Below the pieces are notes generated by a model. That model was not told the DNA's origin. It did not search any database and saw only the letters and a list, made by a program, of their open reading frames with translations. Of a stretch of DNA of 64,000 nucleotides, positions 27,323 through 40,700 are shown in pieces (position 1 is the first letter of the stretch; each line of letters starts with the position of its first letter). This DNA comes from Azolla caroliniana (Eukaryota; Plantae; Polypodiophyta), in contig JBHGNT010000001.1 of assembly GCA_043228905.1 (NCBI GenBank), forward strand, positions 34,782,001 through 34,846,000, read 5' to 3'. The translations under genes and the position numbers were made by a program.

Positions 27323-27937
27323 ACTTTTTCCATTTTAAAGAAAAAACGATATTGTCAAGAGAAATTGCATCATGTCACTTGCAAGGAAAAAAATCTTACG
27401 ACAATTCCACATAAAACAATTAACCCGTTGCAACAAACTATGCACATTATACAAACACACAAGAGTGAATGTTACATATGTCGTGGCAAGGAAAATGTGT
27501 CTCGACAAGGCTACATGGGTTATAAAAATTGTCGAATGACACGATGGGTGGATGCTACCAATGAACGAGGTGTATTTGACATGATCAATATGCCTTTACA
27601 TGGCTAGAATGGTGGCAAAAGCAACGAACACAATGCTACAAAATGAGCTAATCTTCTCAAGGAAGGGTATGTGCATGGGTGTTAGATGACGCCCATCGAA
27701 CATAGCTATCACATTCATGCAACAACAATTCATAACCACCAAACACGGGTAAAGAGGAGGCAAGAGAAAAATATCGATATATCACATACAGTGCAAACGT
27801 CTGGCACGGGATTGACATGGCCAATCATTCATGTATACTGCAATGCTTACGAACACTAGCATTGGGGTACTTGACGGTGTCTGCCATGGAATACGTGCAA
27901 TTTTTTCCCCCGGTATGATGAGAGAGAGAGAGCCTAG

Positions 27938-28014
27938 ATGGATGTAGCTCAATTGGTAAGGTAAGGTTGCCCAATGGAGACCAGGTGGTCATGGGTTCAA
28001 CCCCTACATTCCAT
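27938..28014 (+). mobile_element. tRNA-derived SINE head or tRNA pseudogene
   Basis: Pol III A box TAGCTCAATTGG (27945) and B box GGTTCAACCCC (~27994). The ends atggatg / cattccat can pair like an acceptor stem. The anticodon arm is irregular and an A/T-rich tail follows. Confidence 0.6.
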
Positions 28015-28534
28015 AGTGGCATCTAATGAAATAAAGATATATATGAAGTATATAATAGAGAGGTGAGAAAATTGGGTTTCAAACCCAAGACACAGTGTTT
28101 GTAGTGTTATTGACATACCGCTAGGGTAAGCTAATTACGATAAAAAGAAAGAAAGAGAGAGAGAGCGAGAGAGAGACATACACACAGAAGGCATGTAGTC
28201 AGGACAATAGGCACGAGTCGTCCATGTCCGATGGGATGGGTTTGCCAAGAAGGAACGAAATGTCGGGAAATGAACGAGAACCACACACACACACACAGAC
28301 ACAGACACACACACGCATGATCAAAAACGAAGAAGAGTGGTATGGAAAATTGGGGTGGTGGTTCCCTCTCTCATCAGAGAAGATATTATGTATGTATGAC
28401 AATTTTAACATACATACATACATATATGAGCTGTCCATTTCTTCCACACTATTATTAATAATAATTATTATCGCCATTTTTCACTGACTGTATCCAACGC
28501 CCCCAAATTCGCTGTCAACACACATACACATACA

Positions 28535-28587
<53 letters not shown>

Positions 28588-28710
28588 TCTTCCTCTCCAT
28601 ACCTCCCCCACATTCATTTCTCTCTGTTTCGATCTCTCCCACATTCTGCCTTAATCCCTCCAAACACCGCACCCCACCCCCACTCCCTACACTTTGATTC
28701 ATATGAAACA

Positions 28711-31700
28711 ATGGAGTTTATCGCGCGACTGGTTCTGTTCTTCGCCCTTCTCCGCCTTTCTGCTGCGCTCACTAACCCTGATGATGGTAATTCGGATGCG
28801 TGCTTTAATCTAAAGTTCAGATTTTTTTTTTTTTGGGTCTGCTCCAAATCCATGCTACAAGCTCAATTGTCTTCTTCATGTCTCTCAATTCCTTCTTCTT
28901 CTTCTTCTTCTTTGATTTCAGTGCAAAGTTTGACAAACTTGTTTGGAAACCTGGGCCGTCCAGCATCGCTGACCGGGTGGACGTTTGATAACCCAGACCC
29001 TTGTTCTCCATCTCAAGCATGGAAAGGAATCCAATGTGTTGGCTCAGCCGTTACCGGAATGTAAGGTTTGAACGGTGTCACTGCTTTTCAATGTTTTCTT
29101 CTTTGATTTGTTAGCTCTCTTTCTCTCGTGTATGTATCATCCCACTTTTACAACTATGTAGAAGAAGATGATAATGAAGAAGAGAAGGAAGAAGTAGAAA
29201 ACTATGGCTAACAAATGTAAGTTTTTCTTTCTTTGTTTCAGCCATCTTTCAGGTCTAGGTCTTTCGGGTTGGGTCAGCGACTTCAACAAATTATCTTCAC
29301 TCACGTCTTTGTATGTCTCCATTATTCTTTCAAAAACCAAGGTTAAAGAATCATTTCGTAGTGGCCATGGTGTTATGATATGTCGAGAGTCTCTTGTAGT
29401 AGCCATGGTGTTGGAATGTGTTAAGAGTCATTTTCACTGAGGAGACTCTTAGCACATCACAACACTATGGCTACCACAGGAGACTGTTAGCACATCACAG
29501 CACCATAGCTATGGTGGTGTTGTGATCTTAAGAGTCTCTTGTAGTAACCATGATATTATGCCATGTTTAGTCTTTTGTGGTAGCCATAGTGTTGCGATGT
29601 GTCAGGCATCTATCGTAGTAGCCATGGTGCTCTGATGTACTAGAATCTGGGTCTTTTTACTTATGCAGGGACCTTAGCAACAATCAGTTATCTGGAAACA
29701 CTCTCAATTTGCCCTCAAACCTTCAGATATTGTATGATCTCTTACCTCATTAGAACATCAAACATTGAAAAAACGTGAGTTAATCTCATCTCGTCTTCTT
29801 TGGGAGTTTCGACAGAAACATTGGTCATAACACTTTTCAAGGTGGCACACTTAATGGAATCTCTTCGTTGCTGAGCTTGGTATACCTGTAAGTTTGTCAA
29901 TAACCTGAATAAAAATGGACAAAGAAAGGAATGGTTAATCTGTGGAGTGACATGTGAATATTGCAGGTATGCTGACAACAATTTTATCTCGGGAAACATT
30001 CCTGATATTTTCACAAATCTTCAGAACCTCTCTGTCATGTGAGTCTAGGTGTCTTGACTTGGTCAATTCATTCTCGTGCTTCATTATGTCATTTCAAGGA
30101 AATATATCATCACTCAATAAATTATGGTATGTCTCTATTAATGTATGAACCCAAGATCGTGCTTCTCTTTACTCTTCATGGGTTTCTAATGGATGATGTT
30201 TCTACATGCTGAGACCTATATATGTGATGCCTTCTAGGGTTGTGACAAGACTGAACATAGGTACTTGTTTCCTTATAAGATTTGTACAATTGAGCTACAA
30301 GGAAGACAGATAGTGAATGGTATGTATGTTCCACAAGGATTTTGGAAGTTAGGTAGTGGATAACTGCTCGCTGACAAGAAAAATACTGTTCTCCTGGTTC
30401 TTAACACACTACACATCCCCCTGGCTGTTGTGATACAGTTTTGAATGCAAAATCCAAAGAACCTTGTGTCTCTTTGGGAAATGGCTGTCTTGCAAGTTTC
30501 CACAGAAAAGGAAGTTGATTATGGATCTCTTGATGTATTATGTATTTTTTGCCTATGGTGTATGTAAATGATGGCACTGTTGTTGTGGGTGTCGAAGCAT
30601 CGAAGATTGATTGTTGAAGACATAACCCATAATCGGCAATTACCAGATGACATAGAATGACTGGATTATCTCTGAAGGAAATATTATTGATCAACTCATT
30701 ATATGCTATTTGAATCTACTGCAGGAGATTCCGGACACATAAATATTTATTTATATTCATATATGTGTATCTATACACATGCAATCGTAGTACTCTGGTA
30801 ATGAATGGGTTAGGAATATTTTAGGTGCAGATTTTGTCAGATATAGGAATGTGAAGGTAATGCTTCTCATTTTATGATATATATCTGCTCTGATGACTGA
30901 AAATTTCTGTTTTTGGTTCTCGTGTTGTTGCAGTAATTTATCCTTTAATAATATATCTGGACAGTTACCTCAGACTTTCTCAAATTTGTACAACCTCAGT
31001 TCCTTGTGAGTCTTGTTGAATATGTTTAAACTTTTTATGTTACTGCATACTGTGAATTTTGTTTCTAATTCAGAAAAAAATGTTCTTTTTGCTTTACCTG
31101 TAGATATTTGCAATATAACCAATTAACAGGACCTGTCAATGTTTTGGAAAATCTGCAGCTTCTTGACTTGTAAGTTGTGTAAACAGATAGACATCCTTCT
31201 TTTAAAGGTTTTCAAAATGTGGTGCATTTTCACATTCTCACTAGCAGAATGTATAGGTCTTTATAGTCTTTTAGATGAAAATGTAATCTTGTGTGTTGGA
31301 AGATAACCAATGTAATCTATGTACTAAAATATGGGCACCCCCCAATGTACAAGATATTTGGAATTTGAAAAAAAGAAATTTTTGTCTTCACGTACTTAAT
31401 ATTGGATGTTCAGGAATATTGAACATAATCAATTCAGTGGTTGGATCCCAGCTTCCTTTAGCTCCATAAAGAATCTAAAGTGAGTATAATAAGCTACCTA
31501 AAAACCTGGGTTTATATAAGTTTGCATTTTCAGTTATTTTATTCTCGGGGCATTTGTAAGTGTTTATGACAAGAAGTAATCATGTGTTCCAAATAGATAC
31601 GCCGGGAATTCATTCAGCACATCTCCAGCTCCACCCCCACCACCGTACACACCCCCTCCTCCCAGTCCGCCCAAAAAGACGTCAAGTTCTAGTTCTTCAC

Positions 31701-34268
31701 CGAACACTTCTGGAGGCGGAAAACCATCTGGTGGAACTATTGCAGGAATCGTGATTGCTTGTATTTTAGGAGTCATTGTTGTTTTCCTTGTTGCAGCTTT
31801 TTTCCTCTGGAAGCCTCGGCGTCAACGTAACATTAATGATGAAGAAAAACATCAATCAGCTACAGTTCTCGGATTGTTGCCACAGCGAACCACTGATACC
31901 CAAACAGGTGAGTTGTTTTTACCATGTTATGTTCAGTTATAAAAACATTTCCACTTTATCTTGCCAATATGTAGGTAACAACGGGTGTAAGCGTCTAAAT
32001 TTGGATGATTAAGCAAGTCATTATTTCTCAGTAATATTCATTTTCAATTGATCTTAGAGTTTACATGTTAAACAATTATTCCTGATGTATATGATCTGAT
32101 CATTCTGCACTACAGATTTGAAATCACAGAGCTCCTTTTTCTATCATCTGTAAATGTGTGCATATAAGATTGTCGAAACTTGAGTTTGTAATGTAGGGAT
32201 GATGTGAAAGGTTTAATATCTCGTAAAGGTTTAACGTTACCATTGTGTAAGGTGTCATGATTTTTTCTATGTACTTTAGTATTCAACCTTTCTCCTGAAG
32301 CATGACTTTATTTCAGCCAATGAGTCCATGACGAGTCTCTTACCTACCGAGACTGTACTGAAGCTTCCTCCTTCTGAGATTCACAAGGAATCGATAATTG
32401 AAAAGGTTTCAAGAAAAACATCGTTTCGGAAAGGCAGAAATAATATTTCTGCTACAGCTTATTCCGTTGCCGACTTACAATTTGCCACAAACAGCTTTGG
32501 TGAAGATTGTCTTATTGGTGAAGGTGCCTCTGGTCCTGTTTACAGGGCCGAATTCTCCAATGGAAAGGTGTGTTTCCTATCGATTGTTTTTGGCTTTCTT
32601 GTTTTTCATTCTTTCCTCTGTCCTCACAAGTTTCATACAGAAATCCATGGGATTAAAACATGACCTCACATTGTGGTCCACATACTCAGATCTTGGCAGT
32701 GAAGAAGATTGACAATATGTCTTCAGTTCAGAAAGATGAGGATATTTTGGAAATCATATCGAGTATTTCACGGCTCCACAATTCTAACATCGCCGAGTTG
32801 ATCGGATATTGTGTTGAGCATGGCCAACACTTGCTTGTGTATGAATACTTCCGCAGAGGCTCTCTACATGATATGCTACATAATGGGGAGGATGGAGGAC
32901 TTACATGGAATGCCCGAGTAAAGATTGCTTTAGGCACTGCTCGAGCTCTAGAGTAAGAGAGATCTTCTCCATTTTTTCCTTAGAACTTTTTTTCCTGTCT
33001 CCATAGAGTCATTAGAGTAAGAAAATAAGGAATCTCCTGGACATACTACATATAAAGGACTGGTATAATTGATAGGCCATATTTGGAACCTTGTTAGTGT
33101 AGAAAATAGGGGTAATCTTTCATGATTTTCTAATATTTAGCTTATTTTTGGCAAACATTAGTTGTATTTCCTAAATTTATTCTCAGATTGAGTGAACTTT
33201 GCAAAAATCTGAAAAAGCACCTATTGGAATGTAAATAATCCCTAAGTTTTTCCTTTCGAGTCATTTATTTCCATTTGAGTTATGTCTGTAACTCGTTTGT
33301 TGTATGAGCCAGGTATCTTCATGAAGCATGCCAACCTGCAGCTATTCACAAAAGTGTCAAGTCTTCCAACATTCTTCTGGATGAGGAGCTCAATCCCCAT
33401 CTTTCTGACTGTGGAATGCATGCATTAATATCTGGTTCAGAGTCTGAAGTAAGACTCAAGTGGATCAAGCATTCATCTCTGTCAAGTTTCAGTACCGTAT
33501 ATATATATTTTTACCAAATTGGCAGAACATTTTTTTTCTATGGTTTAGGTGGATGGTTCTTCTGGATACCATGCACCGGAGTTCACCATGTCTGGAGTTT
33601 ATACATGGCAGAGTGATGTGTACAGCTATGGTGTTGTCATGTTAGAACTTTTGACTGGACGAAAGCCTTTGGATAGGTAATGAATTGTGTTTTTTTCAGT
33701 TTTTGTTTTTTTATTTTGGTAAAAAAGGAAGCGAACATCTTACCAAAGGGAAAACCCCAGTAAAACCATTTCTTTATAGATATTTTATATATGTTTATTT
33801 TTTGGCTCAATGCAGCTCAAGGTTACGAGGAGAACAATTGTTAGTGAGATGGGCAATCCCCCAACTTCATGACATTGATGCATTAGTGAACATGGTGGAT
33901 TCTTCCTTAGGAGGGGCATATCCAGTTAAGTCACTCTCTCGGTTTGCCGACATCATTGCACTATGTGTACAGGTACACTCTCTACTCTCTGTCTCTCACA
34001 TAGGCCTCAAGGTTCTGTTTTAAAGTAAATCTTTTTACATACTTTTATGTATTTCATACGCTAGCCTTTTATATACTAATTACCTCATACGTGGGATATT
34101 TTATAGCAGAAAATCTACTTCATAGTTAAATCACGTCTTTGTTTTATATATAACAAACAATTTTTACATATACTTTGATGTTTCTTTGAATAGCCTGAAA
34201 TGGAGTTCAGGCCACCCATGTCAGAGGTGGTTCAATCACTTGTGCGGCTCATGCAACGCTCAACCTGA
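28711..34268 (+). CDS. SRF: STRUBBELIG-RECEPTOR FAMILY LRR receptor-like kinase (LRR-V, SRF6/7/8-like)
   Basis: Signal peptide (exon 28711-28786). SUB domain LTGW...PDPC...WKGIQC.GSAVT (28922-29060). Seven short one-LRR exons (29242, 29669, 29816, 29967, 30934, 31104, 31414). Pro-rich [13 protein letters not shown] plus TM segment (31597-31907). Kinase exons 32317-32567, 32690-32952, 33313-33448, 33549-33676, 33816-33972 and 34194-34268 with [32 protein letters not shown] and [17 protein letters not shown]. Confidence 0.95.
29346..29645. repeat. ~38-bp minisatellite in both orientations (foldback) in SRF intron 3
   Basis: Unit approximately gagtctcttgtagtagccatggtgttgtgatgtgttaa. Forward copies at about 29346, 29386, 29531, 29570 and 29606; inverted copies at about 29442-29511. 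Confidence 0.85.
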
Positions 34269-34566
34269 GGATGACACATCTATCCGAGAGAGAAAAGAGA
34301 AGGATGTTATATCTGAGCCAAGAAATGGATGCTTCATGCTTTGTTTGTTCTGTATAAAGTAAGTGAGCAAGGTGAAGTCTCCTGTGTTGTTCCAAACAAC
34401 CTAACACCAAGAATCCATATATGGAACATATAGTGGAGGGAACCAAAAGAAGCATTATTCTTTATATTCATGTCAAAATAATAATAATTACAAGATCCAA
34501 CTGTTCATGCTGCAAGGATTTACTCTGGCAAGTATGGGAAATATGCTAAATGAAGAAATTGTTTGG

Positions 34567-34860
34567 CTACAGCAAAAACACAATGTCAATATTACCTAGC
34601 TTACATATGGTTCGTGAGGAAGCTAATGTTAATACCATGACCATTAAGACCATGATATCAGCACTGCGAGCTACATAACCATTGATGAAGCTATGCAGAT
34701 ACGTTATCAAACTGTTCATGAATTCTTTAAGTTCATTCATTGATGCAACACTGATGAAATGTATTAGCTCTAGTTCATGCCTACAACCATGCCATAATAA
34801 ATTGTTGGTGTGGTAATTGACCTCAGTTGTAAAGCCCATAACTTGATTCCAGATTTAGCA
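34567..34860 (-). pseudogene. Possible decayed P-type PPR fragment
   Basis: Minus-strand peptide pieces GFTTEVNYHTNNLLWHGCRH, ITYLHSFINGYVA and VLTLASS.TICKLGNID resemble the PPR consensus (PDVxTYNxLIxGxCKxGxxD). No intact gene. Confidence 0.35.
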
Positions 34861-35479
34861 CCATTTGATTAGGATAAAGACATACGGATTCAACTAAGAA
34901 GTTCAGATCAATGGATTACATTCTTGGGGAATGGCCCTAAGGTAACAAGACACATATCAACTTGTTCAACGGCACTGAGATAAACTAGAACACTTATGGA
35001 GTTGTTGCTGAACTCATCAAGCACTTATGATGTGTGACAAACGTTGTAATTCACCAGCTTGACAGCTGATTTTGATATTTCCATGACTGGTGCATGATGC
35101 CTTAGGCCATTCATCGCACATAAAAGTATGGAGTGACTTCAATGTGGAAGTGATACTGCAAAACCACTTCCGGCAGGCCCCCAATGCCAGTGGTTCCTCC
35201 TAAATGCTGTGCCAATGCAAAGATGTGGCAGCAGGTTGTGACTATACCTTGATGCCTTCAAAGCATGAGATTGATCAGTCCTTGGATTTTGGGTATATGC
35301 CCAGTTCTGAGTATTACAGCATTTGGTGCCAACAAGATATTGGCCAAGCCGCAAAGGTGGAACATTGCAGGACACACGGGGAAACTTATGACTTCCGAAT
35401 TTTGTGGATTTTAGGAAACCCCTTGTATGGTAGCATGCTTGTGAATCCGTTATCCAAGATTCTGATTGGAAAAAAGATT

Positions 35480-35730
35480 CAAGAGGTGGGAAAACATACA
35501 AGTGACTCCCACATAGGAAACTCATTTGTGAGAAAAAGCAAAGAGATGAGGTGGGAAAATATTATCATACAAGTGTCAAAGATGTCAAATACTCTCACAT
35601 AGGAAACATGCGAGAAAAAGCAGAGGTGGGAAAATAGTCATACAAGTGTCAAAGATGCCAATTACTCCCTCATGTAGGAAACTCACTTGGGATAAAAATC
35701 ATAAATCAAGAGGTGGGAAAATATTGGCAT
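35480..35730. repeat. Degenerate tandem repeat (4 copies, ~65-85 bp)
   Basis: gaggtgggaaaa...catacaagtg...actc.cacataggaaac recurs at about 35483, 35548, 35623 and 35710. Confidence 0.85.
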
Positions 35731-37599
35731 GCAAATAGCTTGTAACACTTTCTTTGAGATGGTGTGGCACCTATAGATTTTGCAAACTCAATCCTAGTGT
35801 GCGTTAATCATTACCTGGTTATGATTTTGAAGAGTGTTTATTCCAAAGGGATAAGTAAATATTTGAACATGCAAGATTATCTAAGGTCTTCAAATTTATT
35901 AATTATTTGGATGGGGTTGTGAGTGTTTGGATTAGAATATCCTCTATTTGGAACCTCCAGAATGCAAAGTTTGTCTCATTGAACTTCTCAATAACCAAAG
36001 TTTTGTGCATGACATAAAAATCTGAGATCAGAATACGATATACTGCTCAATGTGAATATCTGGGTCAGAACACATTACATTCTTCAAAATATAAAGTTTG
36101 TCGTATTAGAGACGCATAGGGAGTGTTGTACAGCGAGCACGCCAAAAAGAATCTGCTGATGAAGGCCAATATTTTGGTAGGAAAAAGTTTCCAGATGAAA
36201 CACGCATATTTTTAAGAGAAAAGAATAGGAGATGCCAAACAAATAGGACAACTCCTATTCTTTTCTCCCTGGTAACCCTTCTCAAATTTAATGGTGGTTG
36301 GGAATTCAAAACTGATTAAAATGCAAAAGACATCCTTTTTATCTCTCTTAAAGATAGATTGGTCATGACTCACAGCTACAATTCTTTCACATCATAACCA
36401 AGTGCATTGAGGCTCTATAAATCATGAAACAACAAGCCAAAAGCAAAAAACGAATGGATGGGTGACAAAGGTACATAGGCATAAGCAAAGAACGGAAACA
36501 AATTAGTGTTGACATTTGGAGAGTTAGGTGATATAAAGGTTGGATGACACTAGAACTAGAGACAGGGAAACATGCTAGAGACTTTTGCATTTAGATTTAG
36601 GGTAGAAAAATGAAGTCAAGAAAGATATACCTCTTTGTAAGAAGCCCATAATTGGGAATAACAATAAAAAATTCCAAACCTTGAAAAATGGCAAGATGAA
36701 AACAACATGAATGAAAACCATGAAGAATAGTATCCCAAGCAAAATATGTAATAATTTAATAGATAAAACAAGTCTTCCTGAAAACAACTACAATGGAGCA
36801 TGGCAACAGAAGGGGATTGTACTTCAAGACAGCAATTGGAATAAAATAAAAACCAATGTTTAATGCTGAATAAAGACGTTGAATGCAAGCCTTGGGGGGT
36901 CGTACTTCAAGACAACTGCAATATATTTTAATTTCTGGAAATGAAATAATTCCAACTTCAAATCTCAAAAAGAAATATAATGTACATCCTCCACAATGCA
37001 CATTACCTAGTGGTCTGATTTTGTATTCATGTTTGATTCTTCATTTGTCAATCTAGGATTTATTCACACTGTAATTCTATAGCTATAAACATTACAGTAT
37101 ATCATTTACCTAACAAATAAGCCATAGTTGACATAGCACACAATACCAGGCCAAACAAACAAGATCGAGATTAAATCAATGCAGTGCTAAATACAAGTGC
37201 AAAACAAGTACACGTAAACAAGTTTGTTACCATTATAAATCTATAACTGCAGTTCCCTTCTTTTCAAAGTTGCACTCACTCTTAACATGTGACCTCTGTC
37301 ACATCTACATGAATTATAATATAAATACATATTCTGGCATAACTGCAACGTGCACATACACAGGTTTTTGTATGTATGTAATGTATATAACGTACATATG
37401 CTACATACAATTTAGGCAGGTTATGTATGTTTGCAAACATGTATCTATATAGGACATTGATGCTTCACCGGTTCAGCATTTAATATTGGCATTTCACAAG
37501 TTCAAAGTATCTTTCTACATTGTTGATACAAAAAGGTCATGAAGGCTTGATTTCCCCATACAGTTTGTAAGGACTACTTTCTGAGAAAATATTTATCAT

Positions 37600-37760
37600 G
37601 TGGCTGCCCAGATGCTCCCATGAATGTCTAGACTACAATCCGAAAGCTCATATCAAAGATTGCCCAAAAGCTGTCATGCATGTAGAGACTAATCCAAAAG
37701 CTCATGGAGGAGACTGCCCAAAACCTCCCATGAATAAGAGCAATATCTAAAAGCTCATGA
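37600..37760. repeat. Short degenerate tandem repeat downstream of the polymerase stop codon (probable 3' UTR)
   Basis: tgcccaaaagct.ccatgaat...gact.aatccaaaagctcat repeated about three times. Confidence 0.7.
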
Positions 37761-37787
37761 CAAGAAGAAAGGTCTGCCAAACTTCTC

Positions 37788-40700
37788 TCAATCCAGCTCA
37801 GATTGAAATCTCATGAATATCCCCATGCTTAAAAGCTCTTGGTATAGTAACTTGCAAGCATATGGTACATCAACTTGCACAATGTACTTGCTAGTTTTGC
37901 AAAATTTACAAACCCTAATGGAAGCCTTAGAATCTCTGGATGAAATGGCATGACATCCTTGGCATATGTGAATTTGGTATGGATCAGATATACGAAACAA
38001 CCTTTCTTGTACATTTATGGCAGCTCCATGTGCAAGGAGACAATCTCTCTCCATCTCTCCGATCCTTACTCCACCATGTCGTTGTCGATCATCAACAGGC
38101 TGTCTTGTCAAAGGATGAGTAGGTCCTTTACTTCTAAACTTCACTTGATCCTCAGCCATCTTAGTTAGCCTTTGGTAAAATAGACACCCAACAAATATCT
38201 TGGCTTCCATGGCTTCCCCTGTTTGCCCATTAAACATTACTTCTTCTCCCCACCTCTGGTAACCCAAGCTAAGAAAGAAAGACCAACCATAAATATTAGT
38301 CATGAGAAACTAAAACCTTTGCCTCATCAAACACAATGCACTAAAAGATAAGAACACGTGCTTTTACCCATGTAATTCATCAATCATGACATCGATGGAT
38401 TGATGGCGAAATGCAGTCCCATCACGTATTTGCCCTTTAAGGGCAGAAAGTTTGCCTAGATGAGTTTCTAGAAGTTGCCCTGTTGTTTGTCGTGACGGAA
38501 ATGAATGAGGATTAATGATAACATCAGGAACTATGCCTTGATGAGTGAAGGGCATTTCATGCTGTCCTGCGATGTATCCTACCACCCCTTTCTGCCCATG
38601 CATAGAGGAGAACTTGTCACCGACTACTGGTGACCTTTTCTCACTCAGGATTACTCGTGCAATTATATTTTCATCCTCACCTATAGCCACCATCACATTA
38701 TCTACCCTTCCTTTCTCCCGCATTCTCAGATCTATACTCCTATCTTCACGAACCGCATTAGTCTGCTCTATGCTAACTCTCCCGAAGATGACCTCGTTCC
38801 GAGCAAGATTTGCGCCTATATAAGGCAGACCATCATCATCTAATTTGTCGTATGCATTATTTGATTTGATGCTTCGGCGGGCATCTGAGGATGCTGGTTT
38901 CATCATGGCCACCATATCCTTATCATATGTGGTGGAATAACCTTTGTAGTGCATGGATTGCAACAACCCACGTTGTATTGAAGATTCATTCATTACAATA
39001 GAGTCTTCTTGGTTGTATCCGAAAAATGGGCAGATTGCTACAACCACGTTCTGTCCATTCACAAGTTCATCTTTGTTTATGAGCCGTGACACCCTTGTGT
39101 TTACCAACGGTACCTGCGGATACAGCAAATGTTGACCTGATTTACCTACTCGTCCTCGCAAGCAAGTTGTGTAGTGTCCAATTGCTTGTTTACAAAGTTT
39201 CTGTGCTTGAAACATCACTCTTGATCCATTGTTATGGTTAGAGAATGGAATTAGGGAGGCCCCCAACCCAAACATATAACATGAATGTATTTCAGAGTGA
39301 GTGAAGTGTTCCTGTTGCTGTCTTCTCTTTTCTCTAACTTCTCGGAGGTCAGCTGCAACCACACAATTGGATTCTTCATCTGGTCCAATGAATTCAAGGA
39401 TACGAGCCCCTAACAGCTCCATCATGGTCAACTTTTTACTTTTCAAAATGGATATATTTTGGAGATGTTTCAGAATAATCAAAGGTCGTAGTATACGCCC
39501 TGAATCACATCTTATTCTAATTTCCTTTGCCGCACTGTCTTCAGCAATTTCCACCTGTAACAGCAATTAAATTTTATAATATGAAAGAAAGAACGCAAAA
39601 AGAAGGTCATAATTACAAGGAGGCATATTTCCTCTCTGTTTGTTTGAGCAGGAAAAATTCTACATATTTTTGGAGCTGGCAAGAAATGGTTCTGATTTTG
39701 TTTGGTTTTACCTCAAAACTGATTTCCAGAGAACGTCGCAGAGATCGAAGGTGTTCAGCAAGTTTCTTGGGTTCATTTGTTGCAGCTATCCAGTTTCCAT
39801 TAAGGGATACTTTGGACACTGATTTCAGTTCACACAGAGCTAATGTGTCTAAACTTTCTACACCGAACTTCTCAATGACACGAAAAACCTCATCTTCGTT
39901 TGTTTCCAAGGTGATATGGCTTAGGAGAGCTAGACTCTTGACAAGCCCACATTTATCACCATCAGGCGATTGTACAAGACACAACCTTCCTATATATAGC
40001 TTATTCCTGTTTCAATGAAGCAAAAACCAATCGTTAAAGCATTCACACTTTAGTGTATGATGGAAAAAGTTATTGCATTATATGAAAGATTTAACTTTGA
40101 TAAGTGATGAGGGTGGTTGTGACATCATGTGATGGTTTGTATAGCTCTTTATCAAATTTAGGTTTCTTAAACAAGAGGCCGTATCTAAAAAAGAATATTC
40201 TCTAAAGTGAAAAATGTGCATTACTAAGGAGAGTATGCAATAGATCTATAATAGAAGCACTACTTACAAAAGGCGCCATATGTGAGCTATTTTTTCATGT
40301 GAATGGTGTAGTACTGTAGAAAAAAAAATGTGGTGCTAATGGAATCAATACAAATCTTCTTAAGTGGTGTGATAAGTAGTAGTATGTAAGGTTAATTAAC
40401 ACTGCTAGCTGCACAAGTCAATGGGAAGAAAAAACATGTATATCTTTGATGGACAGACATAAAATAAGCTAAAGATTTAGTTTAAGTGGAGATTGTTCAC
40501 GCACGGAAGACGTGCATTCCGTAAGTCTGCCCTCATGTTGACATGCAATTCAGTTTGCCGAAGAATACTTATCATTTCTAGAGCATTGGTTCGTGCAAGC
40601 GTTACTGCAATGCCCCCTGACGACCCCACACCTGTTTTGTGAGGAGGAAGTGCCCAATTTCCTGTGGCAAATGCTTTTTCAAAACCATGGAGTAATATGG

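Noticed and set aside
29732-29966. Apparent loss of one LRR in the SRF ectodomain
   Set aside because: A 72-nt exon at 29816-29887 ([24 protein letters not shown], ag|..|gt) supplies it; it is simply below the ORF-track threshold.
35100-35480. 132-aa ORF or possible LINE remnant
   Set aside because: No diagnostic motif recognised.
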